Made by a program: the position numbers and the translations under genes
NCBI GenBank assembly: GCA_964106915.2
Contig: OZ066917.1
Reading direction: 5' to 3' (one strand)
DNA length: 64,000 nt
Source: Podarcis gaigeae
Lineage: Eukaryota
Notes under the pieces: generated by a model
What the model saw: the letters and a program-made list of their open reading frames with translations, nothing else
What the model was told of the DNA's origin: nothing
The model's database searches: none
Shown here: piece after piece, positions 61,301 through 64,000 of the stretch
How positions within the stretch are numbered: the stretch's first letter is position 1
How the letters are laid out: the number at the start of each line of letters is the position of its first letter

Positions 61301-61672
61301 TGTAAGTCCAAGTAGAAAGTGATTTACATTGGAGCAAAAAGAATCCTAACCACATAAATGACAATGGGATCTGAGGTTATGGTGGACAACTTGATGAAAA
61401 CATCAAACCATTGTCTGACTGTTGTGTAACTAAAAATACCGTTATCAAAATGCCTTTATACAAATCTAGTGTGACCACATTTGAAAAACTACCTATAAGT
61501 CTGATTATTTTTTTAAAATGCTACAGAGCTGGAATAGAGCAGTAAAAATTATCAAGCAGCTGCAGCAACCTCTCAATGAGAAAAGCTACAATCACTGAGA
61601 CTTTTAAACTTATTTTTAAAATGTAAGTAAACTGTGGGAACATGACAGAATTATGCATGGTGTATAAAAGTA

Positions 61673-61898
61673 CAGTGATACCTCGGGTTACAGACACTTC
61701 AGGTTACAGACTCAGCCAACCCAGAAATAATACCTCAGGTTAAGAACTTTGCTTCAGGATGAGAACAGAAATCATGTGGTGGCAGCGTGGCAGCAGTGGG
61801 AGGCCCCATTAGCTAAAGTGGTGCCTCAGGTTAAGAACAGTTTCAGGTTAAGAACAGACCTCCAGAACAAATTAAGTTCTTAACCTGAGGTACCACTG
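61673..61898. mobile_element. Tigger/mariner-like MITE
   Basis: TA-cagtgatacctcgggtta / taacctgaggtaccactg. Confidence 0.85.
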
Positions 61899-63877
61899 CA
61901 GATAGAAGTCTTTCTCTCTTTCTCATATAATACTTAGAACCCATTTTTCCAATGAAGATATATGGTGGAAGAATGAGGACAAATAAGAGGGACTACTTCA
62001 CACAGCACTTAGTTAAACCAAGGAATTCTCTACCAGAGGGTGTGTGATTTTTGCCACCAATCTGGACAGCTTCAAAAGGGAATTAAAGAGGACCATGAAG
62101 GATAAGAAACTGGAGAGTTTTGCTGGAGAGGCAAAGAGTGATGTTGACAAATGCCCATGAGTTTTAAAGAAGAGGGATGTATGAGAATCCCTGGAAGATC
62201 TGGAAATGAAGAGACCAATAGGGAAAAAACCTGAAGGGAATAATAGGAGTAAAGACCAACTTGACATTTTTTAAATTAACAGCCATACCTTCAAATGCTA
62301 CCTTGTCACAGTTGCTGAAAATGATGATAACAAATTCATTGATATCTCTGTTAATGTACCAAAGTTATTTAATTCATCCTACAAGTGGTCCTGACTACCT
62401 AAACGTCACACACAATTTCAGCTTGAGAGCTTACATGCCACAGAAAATGCAAGATGTGAGCTGATAAATAGAAAGAACAGATCTCTAGGGTAGCATTTTG
62501 ACCCATCCATGATGTATCATATGATTAGCAATCATCCTTTCCTATTATGTTGTCAGAACTTTGATCCGATTCAGAAGCCAATCTTGTGATGAATTGCATT
62601 AAGTACTATTGAAGTTTCACTACACCATACCCTTTTTTTCTTTTTCTTTTTTGTTCCATCAATGGGCTCTAATCTGCATTTTAGGATAAATCACATTACA
62701 TTATGTCTCTTCAAAAACTACTGCCGCAGCATAATTTCATAATTGTACTCTGTATTCATTAGTAAGATAAATATATGGAAACTAATAGCTTCTTTTCCGC
62801 TAAGAAACATCTTTCTGCTTCAACATTTATGCTGGTCTTTCATCCCTCTAGCTGGTTATCTTTTGCCAAGCATGCACAATATGTGACCCATAAAGCTGAA
62901 TTCTGATGACCAACCAGGTATAGTAACCTGCCTGGTGCCTGAGAACACACACTTTTGGTGGTCTCAGGTAGGAAGCAAAACAAGGAAGTTGATCAAATTC
63001 TTTGTAAGCTACCATACATGACTTGGTGAGTCAGGGAGTGACTATTTAAAACAGTGCAAGATCCCCTGGGGGAGATATATTGCCAATATATTTTTTCTAA
63101 GAACACAAATGTCCTACCTAGCTACATCCAGAGAATCAGAACTTAAGAACATCTTGCCTGAGCATCCAGAATTTAAGATTCCCTTAAGCGCATGAGACAC
63201 AAGTCTTATGGTAGGAGATCTCCCACTGGCCATCTTTTCCAGCAAATGAATCTGGGTTCAAAACTATACCCAGGGGTACAGCTGAGTCACTAATAAAAGA
63301 CCATACACTGAAAATGGTAACTCATGTGAACTAAACTTAAAACACGAGGGGTAGTAGAGAAATAATTATATATCTGCTTAATAAAATAGGAGAAATACTA
63401 TAAATGCAAAGAAGAATGCCATAAAGAAATAATAAATAAAGAAAATAAATAATAAAGAAATAATAAAACAATAAGGATAATAAAGAACTTTGTAGAAATA
63501 AAGAAACAGTACAGCCATATAGAATTAAAAAGATAAGAAACAAATGAAGCAAGCTTTCCTCTTATCCAAAGCTCCCTTCTAGTCCACCTACTTAAAAGTT
63601 AAATCAGTCTAGCCCCTTCTGAGTTCCAAAGTACTTCATATCAACCACTACAAAGGGCCTGGGGAACTTTTTCTCTCCATCACTCCCCTGAGAAGAGAGG
63701 CAGAGAGTGTATACTCCAACTCACTAATCCTGAACTTCTTATATTGAATTCTCTTGATCTCTTGATCCAAGTACCCTGTTCTAGTTACTCTGCTGCAAGA
63801 TTATTGTTTTGCTGAATGTTTTAAGCTATGGATGTTCAGAGTTGAATGTTTTAAGGATTTTACACATGGTTTTTGTA

Positions 63878-64000
63878 CAGTGGTGCCTTGGGTTACATAC
63901 GCTTCAGGTTACAGACTCCGCTAACCCAGAAATATTACCTCAGGTTAAGAACTTTGCTTCAGGATGAGAACAGAAATTGTGCTCCAGTTGCGCGGCAGAA
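63878..64000. mobile_element. Tigger/mariner-like MITE (runs off window)
   Basis: TA-cagtggtgccttgggttaca; highly similar to the 61673 copy. Confidence 0.85.

Larger units (their letters stand above)
60410..62108 (+). mobile_element. Degenerate CR1 LINE (RT to 3' end) interrupted by younger elements
   Basis: Eroded SGVPQGS..GPVLFN.FIN.L and K(F)ADD.KLF RT motifs at about 60520-60635; CR1-like 3' region at about 61940-62105. Confidence 0.7.

Noticed and set aside
63337-63552. Hydrophobic 71-aa ORF
   Set aside because: Translation of an A/T-rich low-complexity tract.

Overview
Vertebrate genomic DNA, almost certainly a squamate reptile (probably a lacertid lizard, judged from a Sauria SINE and Squam3-like SINEs). 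Two genes lie tail-to-tail. On the + strand is TMPRSS15 (enteropeptidase), from the last SEA-domain exon (1155) to its stop at 48765. It has 22 clear coding exons plus one extra duplicated micro-exon, and encodes SEA-LDLa-CUB-MAM-CUB-LDLa-SRCR-trypsin domains with an intact H/D/S triad. On the - strand is CHODL (chondrolectin), exons 2-6 (56812 to stop at 50676). The 5' exons of both genes lie outside the window. Exon numbers follow the human genes as I recall them. All exon boundaries and phases were read manually and chain in frame. Introns hold many SINEs, LINE fragments, MITEs and solo-LTR-like elements. The most notable observations are: (i) young Penelope-like insertions carrying minimal hammerhead ribozyme motifs, with the intact copy antisense and both sense copies impaired; (ii) tandem duplication of a Ser/Thr-rich micro-exon; (iii) an 88-bp-arm palindrome with a template-switch signature; (iv) a hAT element carrying a CpG-rich captured segment; (v) a GC-AG intron; (vi) altered basic residues around the protease specificity site. 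I cannot establish from sequence alone that any of these is a wholly new system.
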